Shown in pieces: positions 1 to 11,372 of a stretch of 64,000 nt of DNA (positions are counted from its first letter, which is position 1; every line of letters begins with the position of its first letter). Position numbers and translations under genes: made by a program. The notes beneath the pieces were generated by a model. The model did not search any database. It saw only the letters and a list, made by a program, of their open reading frames with translations, and was not told the DNA's origin. The DNA lies in the NCBI GenBank assembly GCA_947170415.1, contig CAMVTN010000001.1, positions 4,357 to 68,356 on the forward strand, in the 5' to 3' direction. This stretch comes from an uncultured Lachnospiraceae bacterium (GTDB lineage Bacteria; Bacillota; Clostridia; Lachnospirales; Lachnospiraceae).

Positions 1-1690
1 CGGAACCAAGTACCAGAACCTTTTTATTCTTTCCTGTTGCTTCTACTTCACCGCTTTCATCTTCTCCTCCGTAAACAGAATAGAAGTACGGTGTCGTAGC
101 CTTGAACTCAGCAGCACAGGTATCAACCATCTTGAAGGAAGGTTTGATGCCATTCTCTCTGCGCATTGCACGGATATCGTCAAGCTTCTTTCCAGTGAGT
201 TCTGCGATAACAGTATCCGGGAACTCGATCCTCTTTGCCTCACGGAGAAGTGCCGGTGTCAGGTCGTCATCCTTTAAGCGATTTTCCATCTCTACAAGGA
301 TAGAAAGCTTATCAATGAACCAGCGATCGATAGCTGTGATCTGATGGATGGTCTCCGGATCAATGCCCTTACGGATCGCTTCTGCGATCACATATATTCT
401 CTGATCATCTACGATATCCAGTCTCTTGATCAACTGGTTTCTTGAAAGATCAGTAAAATCATAGCTTCCAAGATACTCTACATGCTGCTCAAGTGAACGT
501 ATCGCCTTCATGAGCGCACCTTCAAAGTTATCGCCGATAGCCATAACTTCACCGGTAGCCTTCATCTGAGTAGTAAGAGTTCTCTTTGCTGTGATGAACT
601 TATCGAAAGGAAGACGAGGGATCTTAACTACACAGTAGTCAAGTGCCGGCTCAAAGCCTGCGTAGGTCTTCTTTGTAATAGCATTCTTGATCTCATCGAG
701 TGTGAATCCGAGTGCGATCTTTGCAGCAACCTTTGCGATCGGATATCCTGTTGCCTTACTTGCAAGGGCTGATGAACGTGAAACTCGCGGATTTACCTCG
801 ATAACGCAGTACTCAAAGGAATTAGGATGAAGTGCAAACTGTACGTTACATCCACCTGTGATCTTCAGCTCATCGATGATATTCAGCGCTGCTGAACGGA
901 GCATCTGGTATTCCTTATCGGATATTGTCTGAGAAGGTGCTACTACGATGGAATCACCTGTATGTACACCTACCGGATCAAGGTTTTCCATATTACATAC
1001 GGTAATGCAGTTTCCGTTGCTGTCACGCATTACCTCATATTCGATCTCTTTCCATCCGGAGATGCATCTCTCTACGAGAACCTCGCCTACACGGCTGAGT
1101 CTCAGACCATTTGCAAGGATTTCTCTAAGCTCTGCTTCGTTATAAGCGATACCGCCGCCTGATCCTCCAAGTGTATATGCAGGACGGAGAACTACAGGAT
1201 AACCGATCTTCTTAGCAAAATCTGCTCCTGTCTCCACATCCTTTACTACAAGTGAAGGTGCTACCGGCTCGCCGATCTTTTCCATTGTCTGCTTAAATTC
1301 CAGACGGTCCTCGGCTTTACGGATAGTCTCAGCGGTAGTTCCGATAAGCTTTACTCCATGCTTTTCAAGGAAGCCTGACTCTGCAAGCTCCATACCGAGG
1401 TTAAGTCCTGCCTGACCACCAAGGGTCGGAAGTACGGAATCCGGCTTTTCCTTTATGATGATCTCCTCCAGCATAGACGCTGTAAGAGGCTCAATATAAA
1501 CCTGATCTGCGATTTCTTTATCGGTCATGATCGTTGCAGGATTGGAGTTCACGAGACATACTTCTACTCCTTCTTCCTTAAGCGAACGGCATGCCTGAGT
1601 TCCGGCATAGTCAAACTCCGCTGCCTGTCCGATAACGATCGGTCCTGAACCGATGACCAGTACTTTTTGAATATCCTTATTTCTTGGCAT
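1..1690 (-). CDS. carB: Carbamoyl-phosphate synthase large subunit (5' part; runs off the window start)
   Basis: Not in the ORF track. Read by hand from ATG at 1690: [37 protein letters not shown], the CarB N-terminus. Lies directly downstream of carA. Confidence 0.97.
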   Translation of the reverse strand, partial: MPRNKDIQKVLVIGSGPIVIGQAAEFDYAGTQACRSLKEEGVEVCLVNSNPATIMTDKEIADQVYIEPLTASMLEEIIIKEKPDSVLPTLGGQAGLNLGMELAESGFLEKHGVKLIGTTAETIRKAEDRLEFKQTMEKIGEPVAPSLVVKDVETGADFAKKIGYPVVLRPAYTLGGSGGGIAYNEAELREILANGLRLSRVGEVLVERCISGWKEIEYEVMRDSNGNCITVCNMENLDPVGVHTGDSIVVAPSQTISDKEYQMLRSAALNIIDELKITGGCNVQFALHPNSFEYCVIEVNPRVSRSSALASKATGYPIAKVAAKIALGFTLDEIKNAITKKTYAGFEPALDYCVVKIPRLPFDKFITAKRTLTTQMKATGEVMAIGDNFEGALMKAIRSLEQHVEYLGSYDFTDLSRNQLIKRLDIVDDQRIYVIAEAIRKGIDPETIHQITAIDRWFIDKLSILVEMENRLKDDDLTPALLREAKRIEFPDTVIAELTGKKLDDIRAMRRENGIKPSFKMVDTCAAEFKATTPYFYSVYGGEDESGEVEATGKNKKVLVLGS

Positions 1691-1712
1691 TTGATGATCC
1701 TTTCTTACTGCG

Positions 1713-2900
1713 TTACTGTTCTTTCATCATGGAGATGAAACGATCAAAGAGATACTCGCTGTCCTGAGGTCCGCCACATGCTTCCGGATGGAACTGTACG
1801 GTAAATATTTTCTTTCCTATGTAGCGCATTCCCTCATTTGTATCGTCGTTTACATTTACAAATGCCGGTACGGCAACGGAAGGATCCATCTTTTCCTCAT
1901 CTACCACATAACCATGGTTCTGAGATGTTATATATACGCGGCCATTTTCCAGGTCCTTGACCGGATGGTTGGCACCGCGATGACCATATTTAAGTCTGTG
2001 TGTATCTCCGCCGGCTGCCAGTGCCATAAGCTGATGACCAAGGCAGATAGCAAAGATCGGTATATCTGATTCATAGAGCTTTCTTACTTCTTTTATGATC
2101 TCTGTACATTCCTTCGGATCACCGGGGCCGTTCGAGATCATGATTCCATCCGGCTCAAATGCAAGTATTTCTTCAGCTGTTGTTTCAGCCGGGAATACTG
2201 TTACGTCACATCCTCTGTGTGCCAGATTGAGCGCGATATTACGCTTTGTTCCAACGTCGAGAAGGGCTACCTTAAGTCCTGCTCCGTTAAGTTCACGTAC
2301 TCTTGTGGGTACACGCTCCGGGAATTCCGGTTTTTCCGTAATACCTGTTGTGGCTACTGCCTTTCCGTGAAGCACTCCGTTTTCTTCGAGCTTTCTGGAG
2401 CCGGAGATAAAGTATTTTTCACGGCATGTTACTTTTTTTACTACGCCGGCAGTTGTATATGCCTTGAGCTTCGGGATCACTTCATCGAGATCGTACTCTG
2501 CATTAGTAGTGATCATTCCGTTCATTGTTCCCTTTTCACGGAGGATCTTTGTCAGCGCACGTGTGTCGATGCCTGCGATTCCGGGTATATCATATTTAAG
2601 CAGGAAATCCTGAATACGACCCCCGGAACGGAAATTACTTTCGTTCCGTGAAAGCTCATGAACAATGTAACCATCAAGCCATACTCGATCAGACTGCATG
2701 TCATCTTCACAGATGCCATAGTTTCCGATCAATGGGTACGTCATACAAACTGCCTGTCCTGCATAGGAAGGATCTGTGAGCACCTCAAGATAGCCTGTCA
2801 TGGATGTATTAAATACGATCTCACTGATGACTTCTTTTCGGGCTCCGATGCTCTTTCCAGTAAAGACAGTTCCGTCTTCCAGAATTAAAAATGCCTGCAT
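1713..2900 (-). CDS. carA: Carbamoyl-phosphate synthase small subunit
   Basis: [24 protein letters not shown] and VQFHPE glutamine amidotransferase motifs. Confidence 0.98.
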   Translation of the reverse strand: MQAFLILEDGTVFTGKSIGARKEVISEIVFNTSMTGYLEVLTDPSYAGQAVCMTYPLIGNYGICEDDMQSDRVWLDGYIVHELSRNESNFRSGGRIQDFLLKYDIPGIAGIDTRALTKILREKGTMNGMITTNAEYDLDEVIPKLKAYTTAGVVKKVTCREKYFISGSRKLEENGVLHGKAVATTGITEKPEFPERVPTRVRELNGAGLKVALLDVGTKRNIALNLAHRGCDVTVFPAETTAEEILAFEPDGIMISNGPGDPKECTEIIKEVRKLYESDIPIFAICLGHQLMALAAGGDTHRLKYGHRGANHPVKDLENGRVYITSQNHGYVVDEEKMDPSVAVPAFVNVNDDTNEGMRYIGKKIFTVQFHPEACGGPQDSEYLFDRFISMMKEQ

Positions 2901-2929
2901 TCTATGCTCCTTATTAGATTATCTCAAAC

Positions 2930-2964
2930 GTGTCGGGCAGACTCTTTTTAGAGCTGCCCGACAC
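2930..2964. terminator. Strong hairpin between purL and carA
   Basis: GTGTCGGGCAG...CTGCCCGACAC inverted repeat. The U-tract is weak, so its role is uncertain. Confidence 0.5.
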
Positions 2965-3015
2965 AAGGTTCACGGTATTTTAACACAGTAAAGTGTTACA
3001 CGCAACTGCGATATT

Positions 3016-6000
3016 TTATTTGAAGTACTTTACTCCGGACTCAAAGATCTTCATGTCCTGGTCACCGTAGATGTTGATGTTTACGCCTTCTCCTCTTCTT
3101 TCTGAGTGGCACATCTTTCCGAGAACTCGTCCATCTGCGCTGGTGATTCCTTCTACTGCGCGGTAAGAACCGTTGATATTCCAGGTCTCATCCATGGATA
3201 CGCGTCCTTCAGGATCGCAGTACTGGGTTGCTACCTGACCATTTTCAAAAAGCTTATCCAATACTTTCTCAGGTGCTACGAAACGTCCCTCTCCATGTGA
3301 TGCAGGGTTTGTAAATACATGACCAAGTTCTGCACCTGCAAGCCACGGGGACTTATCGGATACTACCTTTGTGTATGCCATCTTACTGATATGGCGGTTG
3401 ATCGTATTGAATGTAAGTGTCGGGCTCTCCTCAGTCTGGCTCTCGATGATCTCGCCATAAGGTACGAGTCCGAGCTTGATAAGTGCCTGGAATCCGTTAC
3501 AGATACCGAGTGCAAGTCCGTCCCTCTTATGAAGAAGATCCATAACAGCTTCCTTGATCTTTTCATTACGGAATGCTGTTGCAAAGAACTTTGCACTTCC
3601 ATCAGGTTCATCACCGGCTGAGAATCCGCCCGGGAACATGATGATCTGCGCATCACGTATTGCCTTTTCAAATGCATTTACAGAATCAAGGATCGCATTT
3701 TCGTCAAGGTTGGAGAATACACGAACTTCTGTCTCCGCTCCAGCTCTCTCAAAGGCACGTGCACTGTCGTACTCGCAGTTTGTACCCGGGAATACAGGGA
3801 TAAATACCTTCGGACGCGCAACCTTGTTCTTGCAGACATATACCTTCTTTTCATGGTAAAGAGGAGATTCTACATGCTCCCCACCCTTATATGCCTTTGT
3901 CGGGAATACCTTCTCAAGAGTATCATTATATGCCTTGAGTGCTTCCTCCATGGTAACTGTCATAGAACCATGAACAAATTTCTGCTCCTCTGTAACTGTA
4001 CCTACTATATCGTATGAAACTCCGATTTTATCAAGAGCCTTGAGATCACTTACCTCTGCAACGATATTTCCTGTTTCTGAAAGGAACATCTGCTCAGGAA
4101 GCCAGTTTTCATTTATCTTTACACCGAAGCCATTTCCGAATGCCATCTTGGATACGGCAGGTGCGATTCCCTTTTCATCAAGAGCATACGCAGCCTTGAT
4201 AAGACCTTCCTGTACGGCCTTATGGATACCATGATAAAGATCCATTGTCTTCTCATAATCCGGCAGATCGAACTTATCAAGTGGGATTGTAAACTTAACG
4301 ATAGTGTCTCCGGCTTTCTTAAATTCGGGAGTTACCACATCCTTAAGTTTTGCAGTATCTACCGCAAAGCTCACAAGTGTAGGCGGCACATTGATCTTTT
4401 CAAAGGTTCCTGACATGGAATCCTTACCACCGATACTCGGCAGACCAAACTTCATCTGTGCATCAAATGCACCGAGAAGAGATGTGAGCGGCGCGCTCCA
4501 ACGCTTTTTATCAGCTGTCATTCTCTTAAAGTATTCCTGGAATGTGAAACGGATCTTATCCATGTCACCACCGCTGGCTACGATCTTTGCGATGGAACCT
4601 GTAACTGCATATACAGCTCCATGGAACGGGCTCCAGGATGAAAGATACGGATCGTAATCATAGCTCATCATTGTAACCGTATCAGATGTACCTTTAAGTA
4701 CAGGAAGCTTTGCTACCATTGTCTGGATAGGTGTAGTCTGATTTTTTCCGCCGTATGGCATCTCTACAGTACCTGCACCGATACTTGCGTCAAATCTTTC
4801 TACAAGACCCTTCTGGGAGCACTCATTAAGATCAGCAAGAGTCTTTAACCACTCTTTCTTCTCATCCTTTACTGCTACCATCTCACCGAAGTAATTCTTC
4901 TTTTCAGAAGGCATCTGTACCTGTACCTTTGTCTCCTGATGAGCACCATTTGTGTTAAGGAAAGCACGGCTTATGTCTACGATCGACTTTCCTCTCCACT
5001 TGAGTACCAGACGAGGCTCTTTTGTTACTACAGCAACACGTGTTGCTTCCAGATTTTCTTCAGCAGCATATTTTAAGAACTGTTCTGCATCAGATTCACG
5101 AACAACTACTGCCATACGCTCCTGAGACTCGGAGATAGCAAGCTCAGTACCGTCAAGACCTGCATACTTTTTCGGAACTTTATCGAGATCTACTTCAAGT
5201 CCATCTGCAAGCTCACCGATAGCAACGGAAACTCCGCCGGCACCAAAGTCATTGCAGACCTTGATAAGAAGTGAAACTTCAGGTCTTCTGAAAAGTCTCT
5301 GGAGTTTTCTTTCTGTAGGAGCATTTCCCTTCTGAACCTCTGCTCCGCAGGTGTCGATGGATTCTGTAGTGTGAACCTTCGATGAACCTGTTGCTCCACC
5401 GATTCCGTCACGTCCTGTACGTCCTCCGAGAAGGATGATCACATCACCCGGATCTGCTGTCTCACGGATGACATTTTTCTGAGGTGCTGCAGCCATGACC
5501 GCACCGATCTCCATTCTCTTTGCCACATAATCCGGATGATAGATCTCACGAACAAGACCTGTTGCGAGACCGATCTGATTTCCGTAGGAAGAATATCCGT
5601 GTGCTGCCTCACGAACAAGCTTTTTCTGCGGAAGCTTTCCATGAATGGTCTCAGATACCGGAACTGTAGGATCAGCGGCACCGGTCACACGCATAGCCTG
5701 ATATACATATGCACGACCTGAAAGAGGATCACGGATAGCACCGCCGAGACATGTTGCAGCTCCACCGAAAGGCTCGATCTCTGTCGGATGGTTATGTGTC
5801 TCGTTCTTAAACATTACGAGCCAGTTTTCTGTACTTTTCTTTCCTTTTTCGTCAGTTATCTCAACGGGAACTACTATTGAACAAGCGTTGATCTCGTCTG
5901 ATTTTTCGAGGTCTTCAAGCTTTCCTGCCTTTTTCAGTGCTCTCGCACCCATGGTAGCTATATCCATGAGGCAGACAAACTTGTCTCCGTCGTTCTCTTT

Positions 6001-6804
6001 CAGACGCTTTGCGCCATAAACGCTCTTTCTGTTTTTAAGATAAGATTTCCATGCATTTTCGATGGGTTTCTTATAGAAACCGTCGTCAAATTCCACGTCA
6101 GTGAGTTCTGTCTGGAATGTTGTATGACGGCAGTGGTCAGACCAGTAGGTATCGAGTACGCGTACCTCTGTTACAGAAGGATCTCTATTTTCTTCCTTTT
6201 TGAAATAATTCTGGATATGCTTAAAATCCTTATAAGTCATTGCGAGACCAAGAGAATTGTAAAGTTTCTTAAGGTCTGCATCTTTCATTCCGATGAAACC
6301 GTCAAATATCTTTATATCTTCAGGCTCATCATACTTTGTAACAAGTGTCTTCGGCTTATCAAGACCAATAATACGTGAGTCTACCGGATTCACTACATAA
6401 TCCTTGATAGTCTGTACTTCGCTCTCTGTGAGATCTCCTGTCAGGCAATAAACCTCAGCTGTACGGATTATCGGATCTTCACTTCCCTTAAGGAAACGGA
6501 TACACTGAACTGCGGAATCAGCTCTCTGATCAAACTGTCCCGGTAAAAACTCAACTGAAAAAACAGTATCTTTATCATTGCGTGGAAAATCTTCTTCGTA
6601 AAGATTATCGACCGGAGGCTCTGAGAAGACACTCTGCTTAGCTTTTTCAAAGATGTCTTTACCTGTGTTCTCCACGTCGTAACGAATAAGATGACGAACT
6701 GTGACATCTTTGTCGATGCCAATGTAATTCCGGATCTCATCCGTGAGCTCTTTTGCGCGTACTGCAAAGGGCTGCTTCTTTTCCACATAGATACGTCTGA
6801 CCAT
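3016..6804 (-). CDS. purL: Phosphoribosylformylglycinamidine synthase (large fused clostridial type)
   Basis: YWSDHCRH, ETHNHP, SESQERM, PGGFSAGD, GICNGFQ and MCHSER motifs. Start moved from 6846 to ATG 6804, which follows an AAGAGGAG SD. Confidence 0.97.
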   Translation of the reverse strand: MVRRIYVEKKQPFAVRAKELTDEIRNYIGIDKDVTVRHLIRYDVENTGKDIFEKAKQSVFSEPPVDNLYEEDFPRNDKDTVFSVEFLPGQFDQRADSAVQCIRFLKGSEDPIIRTAEVYCLTGDLTESEVQTIKDYVVNPVDSRIIGLDKPKTLVTKYDEPEDIKIFDGFIGMKDADLKKLYNSLGLAMTYKDFKHIQNYFKKEENRDPSVTEVRVLDTYWSDHCRHTTFQTELTDVEFDDGFYKKPIENAWKSYLKNRKSVYGAKRLKENDGDKFVCLMDIATMGARALKKAGKLEDLEKSDEINACSIVVPVEITDEKGKKSTENWLVMFKNETHNHPTEIEPFGGAATCLGGAIRDPLSGRAYVYQAMRVTGAADPTVPVSETIHGKLPQKKLVREAAHGYSSYGNQIGLATGLVREIYHPDYVAKRMEIGAVMAAAPQKNVIRETADPGDVIILLGGRTGRDGIGGATGSSKVHTTESIDTCGAEVQKGNAPTERKLQRLFRRPEVSLLIKVCNDFGAGGVSVAIGELADGLEVDLDKVPKKYAGLDGTELAISESQERMAVVVRESDAEQFLKYAAEENLEATRVAVVTKEPRLVLKWRGKSIVDISRAFLNTNGAHQETKVQVQMPSEKKNYFGEMVAVKDEKKEWLKTLADLNECSQKGLVERFDASIGAGTVEMPYGGKNQTTPIQTMVAKLPVLKGTSDTVTMMSYDYDPYLSSWSPFHGAVYAVTGSIAKIVASGGDMDKIRFTFQEYFKRMTADKKRWSAPLTSLLGAFDAQMKFGLPSIGGKDSMSGTFEKINVPPTLVSFAVDTAKLKDVVTPEFKKAGDTIVKFTIPLDKFDLPDYEKTMDLYHGIHKAVQEGLIKAAYALDEKGIAPAVSKMAFGNGFGVKINENWLPEQMFLSETGNIVAEVSDLKALDKIGVSYDIVGTVTEEQKFVHGSMTVTMEEALKAYNDTLEKVFPTKAYKGGEHVESPLYHEKKVYVCKNKVARPKVFIPVFPGTNCEYDSARAFERAGAETEVRVFSNLDENAILDSVNAFEKAIRDAQIIMFPGGFSAGDEPDGSAKFFATAFRNEKIKEAVMDLLHKRDGLALGICNGFQALIKLGLVPYGEIIESQTEESPTLTFNTINRHISKMAYTKVVSDKSPWLAGAELGHVFTNPASHGEGRFVAPEKVLDKLFENGQVATQYCDPEGRVSMDETWNINGSYRAVEGITSADGRVLGKMCHSERRGEGVNINIYGDQDMKIFESGVKYFK

Positions 6805-6860
6805 TACACACACTCCTCTTGAAACCAGTCCGTTTTTCCCGGACATTTATAAAATATCTA

Positions 6861-6964
6861 TATGTTGAGGTCAAAAATACTTCCGTCCCCAACTGATGAC
6901 AAGTCCAAATAAAACTCCTTTTTGTGCAAGCACAATCGGATTTTTTACTTTTTCCCCTGTCATC
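6861..6964 (-). mobile_element. Family A structured interspersed element, short (104-bp) form
   Basis: Reverse complement matches both ends of the copies at 13890 and 56187 (shared CGATTGTGCTTGCACAAA) but lacks their ~83-bp internal cassette. Confidence 0.85.
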
Positions 6965-6973
6965 ATATTTCAA

Positions 6974-6995
6974 GGCGGCCGGAAATCCGGCCGCC
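6974..6995 (-). terminator. GC-rich hairpin downstream of the 151-aa gene
   Basis: GGCGGCCGGA-AA-TCCGGCCGCC perfect stem with a short U-tract. Confidence 0.5.
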
Positions 6996-7041
6996 ACGAA
7001 ACCGTTGCTGCCAATCCTTGGCTTTTTTCATACCAAAGATC

Positions 7042-7497
7042 TCACTGATTCATTTGATAGAAATCCATCAGGTCCCTAAGCTTAGTGAGGACTCTTAGAA
7101 ATATTTCTTCCTGAACACCCTCACCCCATCGGGATCCGTTGTGCATCCCTTCCAGGACGTAACGTGAAATAAATCCGCGAAGCACATTCACATCTCTGAC
7201 AGTGGCACGTTCGATGAACATACGCTCATCATCATGCGTTCTTATCCTGTGGCGTGAATACGCATATGGATAATTTCTGTCCATAAGTTTTGTTTGAGAT
7301 GCTTTTTTAACAAAATCAAGTAAAGTCGAATCAAATACAGGAAATTTCAGTTTTGATTCGCCCTGTTTTCCATCATATGCATGTGATACATCGCTGCCTC
7401 TTTTCCCTGTAAAGTAAGGGATATACACAGACAATTGTCTCACATCCGACCCATAGGTCTTTATAAATTCAGCTGCAACTGCATTTTCTGATTCCAA
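7042..7497 (-). CDS. Hypothetical protein (possibly DUF6508-like)
   Basis: 151-aa ORF with a TTG start after AAGGAG. The family resemblance is from memory of the C-terminal EG..W..G....L..L pattern only. Confidence 0.7.
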   Translation of the reverse strand: MESENAVAAEFIKTYGSDVRQLSVYIPYFTGKRGSDVSHAYDGKQGESKLKFPVFDSTLLDFVKKASQTKLMDRNYPYAYSRHRIRTHDDERMFIERATVRDVNVLRGFISRYVLEGMHNGSRWGEGVQEEIFLRVLTKLRDLMDFYQMNQ

Positions 7498-7529
7498 AAG
7501 AAATGCTCCTTTCCGGATATGGTAGAAAA

Positions 7530-9638
7530 TTACCGAAGTAAGTAGTTCATTTCATCGGTCATTTCTCTCGGTACTTCCTTACCGAGATTTTCGACCTTCT
7601 TAATGGTAGCCTGAACCAGTCTGGCTTTACCCGACTGCTTCACCTTCCATTTATCTATTATTTCCGCATACTGTGGATTTTCATGCATCTTATCCCTGAG
7701 TGCTTTAGGGAACGGACAGTAACGGAAAACAATTCCACGGGCAACCTTATTCATTCTGGCTGACCCGGCCGCTTCATTCCTGATGTATGCAGTGTAATCC
7801 TGTACAAATACGCCGCGATAATTATTTCTGGCTTTCTGCAAAGCAGTCTTGATCTTTTCACGGGTATCCGGTGAAAGCTCATGATTCTTTTTATAGAACT
7901 GCAGATAATCACAATATTCACTTGTAAGTGACGGATCGGTGACATCGTTCCAGTGTACACCCTGCACTCTGCGGCACATTTCCCAACGGTACTCTCCGCA
8001 AAGCTTTACAAGAGCTTCATCCAGATCCTCTGTATAGAAGATCGGCATAAGCATTCTGGACGGTGTATCTCGCTTCTTTCCGTCTATTTCCTGCCACATC
8101 TGGGTTCTGGAACCCATATTTGGCATCAGAATTATATTCGGCAGGACCTCAACACTCTTAACGAACTGATTCACATCAAGTTCAGCATAAGTCTGATAGG
8201 TTTCACGATAGAAAAGGGAGAAATCAATATCCCTGATCTTATCTATCGCCTGCATTAATTTCTCTTTTGTAAGCAAAGTCTGGTCCAGCGGACGAATGAT
8301 CTCCTCGGAATTAAACTGAGGGATAAAGGTAGTGATACGTCCGTAGGTAACTCTGTTACCCATAGCAAACAGGTTATCTATCTCAAACTTTACGCGTTCC
8401 TTACGATCATTTGTAAGTTCAGCAGCCTGAGCCTTTGTAATATTTCCGCTCTGAACCTGTTCTCTTAAATATTCCGGATAGTCGGCATCAAATTCGTTCT
8501 TTGAAGGATTCTCTGCCATTTCATATATCCTTCGAAGCCATTCCGGTACTGTAAATACATGCTTATTTGGATCTGGTCTCCATTTAAGCATCAGCTGATA
8601 TAGCTTCTTTGTGTCTTCCTTACCCACAAGACGCTCATCAATAAAGCCAAACATCAGGAACATCCTGACTTCAGCAGGCGGTGCACTATCTTCCAGCGAC
8701 TTCAAAAATACGTCAGTATAAACAGAATAGAAAATCCTGGACATCTCTTTTCTGAGTCTTCGCATTTCATCGCTGGAGTCATTTTTATCCGGTGCTGCCA
8801 AAAACTGATCCACGAGCTGATGCATCAGCTTTGCGGTTTCAGCATTTGCTCCGGCATATCCCAAAATGATATCCATCGCTCCGGTGATCTCTTTATCTCC
8901 CGCTTCATCGCCGCCAGATGATGAAGCCTCATCCGAACGTGCCTTAAGGAAACGGAAATCTAATTCAAAATCGCCAACTGCTTCTTCCAGACGTTCACGA
9001 TACTCGACAAGTTCCATTATCTGCTCTGAAACAGTTGTGTCAAACTCGGACATTCTCATTACGGTTCCGATACAAAGATTCGGAGATAATGCATAGAAGC
9101 CCTTTCTAACCTGAGCATCGTTTTCCATGAGGCTGTTGAGGTAAGTCATCCTCCAGCCTTCAAGTCCCTCTTCTTCCGGAGGTGCTTCAAGATCTCTGAT
9201 CTCAGGGTACTCTTTAACTTCCTGACCATTCTCCACGGCATAGGTCGGATAGTTATCGAAATCACTCTTTACGGAATGATATCTGGATTCTACCTCTGTA
9301 TGCAGTTTTTCATACCATGAATACAGATCAAGCGCCGTCTTTACAGAACTTGACGCGAGAACCGGAGAGATCTTTCCCTGCATCTGAACAACCTTTGCTA
9401 TGTCCTCTGCTGTACTATACTCATGCGTATAAACCGTGACATCATCTATTGCCTCATAGTCATACGCATATGTTTCTTCCGGAGTTTCAAAACAACCGAT
9501 AAGTGCACCGGTCTTAAGTATCATACTTCCATAAGCATTTGAAACTCTGACCTGCCCCTTCAGCAGGATTTCGACTTCTTCAACACGTTCCCCAACAGTG
9601 TGAAGCATGTCATCGGCTTTGATTTCCTTCATACCCAT
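7530..9638 (-). CDS. Large protein with N-terminal cyclic-nucleotide-binding-like domain and uncharacterised helical C-terminal region
   Basis: N-terminus GERVEEVEILLKGQVRV...GALIG resembles a cNMP-binding fold. No C-terminal Crp HTH was recognised. Confidence 0.7.
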   Translation of the reverse strand: MGMKEIKADDMLHTVGERVEEVEILLKGQVRVSNAYGSMILKTGALIGCFETPEETYAYDYEAIDDVTVYTHEYSTAEDIAKVVQMQGKISPVLASSSVKTALDLYSWYEKLHTEVESRYHSVKSDFDNYPTYAVENGQEVKEYPEIRDLEAPPEEEGLEGWRMTYLNSLMENDAQVRKGFYALSPNLCIGTVMRMSEFDTTVSEQIMELVEYRERLEEAVGDFELDFRFLKARSDEASSSGGDEAGDKEITGAMDIILGYAGANAETAKLMHQLVDQFLAAPDKNDSSDEMRRLRKEMSRIFYSVYTDVFLKSLEDSAPPAEVRMFLMFGFIDERLVGKEDTKKLYQLMLKWRPDPNKHVFTVPEWLRRIYEMAENPSKNEFDADYPEYLREQVQSGNITKAQAAELTNDRKERVKFEIDNLFAMGNRVTYGRITTFIPQFNSEEIIRPLDQTLLTKEKLMQAIDKIRDIDFSLFYRETYQTYAELDVNQFVKSVEVLPNIILMPNMGSRTQMWQEIDGKKRDTPSRMLMPIFYTEDLDEALVKLCGEYRWEMCRRVQGVHWNDVTDPSLTSEYCDYLQFYKKNHELSPDTREKIKTALQKARNNYRGVFVQDYTAYIRNEAAGSARMNKVARGIVFRYCPFPKALRDKMHENPQYAEIIDKWKVKQSGKARLVQATIKKVENLGKEVPREMTDEMNYLLR

Positions 9639-9681
9639 AAGCTTAACCTCTTTTCTAAATAAAAATACTCCCCTTTACCTT

Positions 9682-11187
9682 TTAGTTTTCTGCCTTTGCC
9701 TTTAATACATGCAGAACCACAAGCATCACTACGGCTCCCGCACCGAGTGACAGCCATGCATTCTGCGTAAATCCTGCAATAAGATATCCAACTACACAAC
9801 TGCTGACAACAACTGCCGCATACTGAAGCTGAGTCGCTACGTGATTCATGTGATAGCACTGTGCTCCTGCACTGGACATGATGGTCGTATCTGAGATCGG
9901 AGAAACATGATCTCCTGCAACCGCACCTGCAAGAACCGCTGAAACAGAGATGATCATCATCTGCAGATTTTCCGGTCCCTGGAAGATGCTTGTAACGATT
10001 GGAACAAGGATCGCAAATGTTCCCCAGCTGGTTCCTGTTGAAAATGCAATAAAGATAGCAATAAAGAACATGATCACAGGAACGAACGCTGTTCCAAATG
10101 ATCCTTCGCCAACAAATCCGCTTACAAAGCTCTGAATCTCAAGAGCACTTGTCATACCTTTTAATGTCCATGCAAAAACAAGGATGGTCACTGCCGGTAT
10201 CATAAGCTGGAATCCGCTTACAAAGCTGTCCATGTACTCCTTAAAAGTAACTACCTTTCTTGGCAGATAAAGTACCAGCATGAACATCAGTGTAATAAAT
10301 GTCGCAAAAATAAGTGAGATTTCTGAATCACAGTTTGCAAAAGCATCCTGGACATTTGTTCCACCATTCTGGAAGCCTGTATAGATCATTGCTCCAACAG
10401 CTGCAAGTATCAGTATAAGTGTAGGCAGGACCAGATCGATAACCTTTCCGTTTTCATTTTCATGAACTTCACTGCTATTCTGGAATTCTCCTGCGTGACT
10501 GGTAAACAGGTCACCCTTTGCCGCATTCATCTCATGAGTCTTCATCTGACCAAAATCAAGAGCAGTGGTTCCGATAAAGATAACCATAAACAGTGTCAGT
10601 ATCGCATAAAGATTAAACGGTATCGTACTGATAAAGAGCTGAAGTCCGTTTATTCCGGCATCTTCCGGCACATATGAATTTACTGCCGCTGCCCAGCTGG
10701 ATATAGGAGCAATGATACAAACCGGTGCTGCCGTTGCATCTATGATATATGCAAGCTTTGCTCTGGAAACTTTATATCTGTCAGTAACCGGTCTCATAAC
10801 ACTTCCGACAGTAAGACAGTTAAAATAATCATCTACGAAGATGATCATTCCAAGTGCTGTAGTGGAAAGAAGTGCTGCTCTCTTTGACTTTATCTTTTTC
10901 GAAGCCCATCTGCCGTATGCAGCGGATCCGCCTGATTTCTGCATCAATATGACGATCATACCGAGCATTACGAGGAATATCAGGATATTCAGATCTATAT
11001 TTTCTGTCATCACAGTAAATATCGACTGAAATGAGATCCAGGGAGAGAACTGACCATAGAGAAGTGCTCCGGTCAGGATTCCTATAAATAGTGAGCTATA
11101 AACCTCCTTAGTGATAAAAGCGAGTAGAATAGCGATCACAGGTGGTAAAAGAGACCATGCTGTACCGATAAAAACAGAGTTTTCCAT
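9682..11187 (-). CDS. NhaC-family Na+/H+ antiporter / amino-acid transporter
   Basis: WSLLPPVIAI, FVDDYFN, TGTSWGTF and GDHVSPISDTT motifs; many TM segments. Confidence 0.9.
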   Translation of the reverse strand: MENSVFIGTAWSLLPPVIAILLAFITKEVYSSLFIGILTGALLYGQFSPWISFQSIFTVMTENIDLNILIFLVMLGMIVILMQKSGGSAAYGRWASKKIKSKRAALLSTTALGMIIFVDDYFNCLTVGSVMRPVTDRYKVSRAKLAYIIDATAAPVCIIAPISSWAAAVNSYVPEDAGINGLQLFISTIPFNLYAILTLFMVIFIGTTALDFGQMKTHEMNAAKGDLFTSHAGEFQNSSEVHENENGKVIDLVLPTLILILAAVGAMIYTGFQNGGTNVQDAFANCDSEISLIFATFITLMFMLVLYLPRKVVTFKEYMDSFVSGFQLMIPAVTILVFAWTLKGMTSALEIQSFVSGFVGEGSFGTAFVPVIMFFIAIFIAFSTGTSWGTFAILVPIVTSIFQGPENLQMMIISVSAVLAGAVAGDHVSPISDTTIMSSAGAQCYHMNHVATQLQYAAVVVSSCVVGYLIAGFTQNAWLSLGAGAVVMLVVLHVLKAKAEN

Positions 11188-11372
11188 TTAGTGACTTCTT
11201 TCCTGAAAACAACATTTCTGCGTCTTCAAATATTTTTTTCATACGTGCATAGATATGCATATTATTGAATATTATAACCCGTGAGACTGCGTTGTGACAA
11301 CAAAAAAACGCAATGGTTTTACTCTCTGTTATCTGTTACAATAAGCGTAACATGATGTAAGGGGGAAACTGT

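Noticed and set aside
6853-6972. Target-site duplication around the short A copy
   Set aside because: The flanks ATATCTA / ATATTTC match only 5/7 in AT-rich DNA, so I did not count them as evidence.
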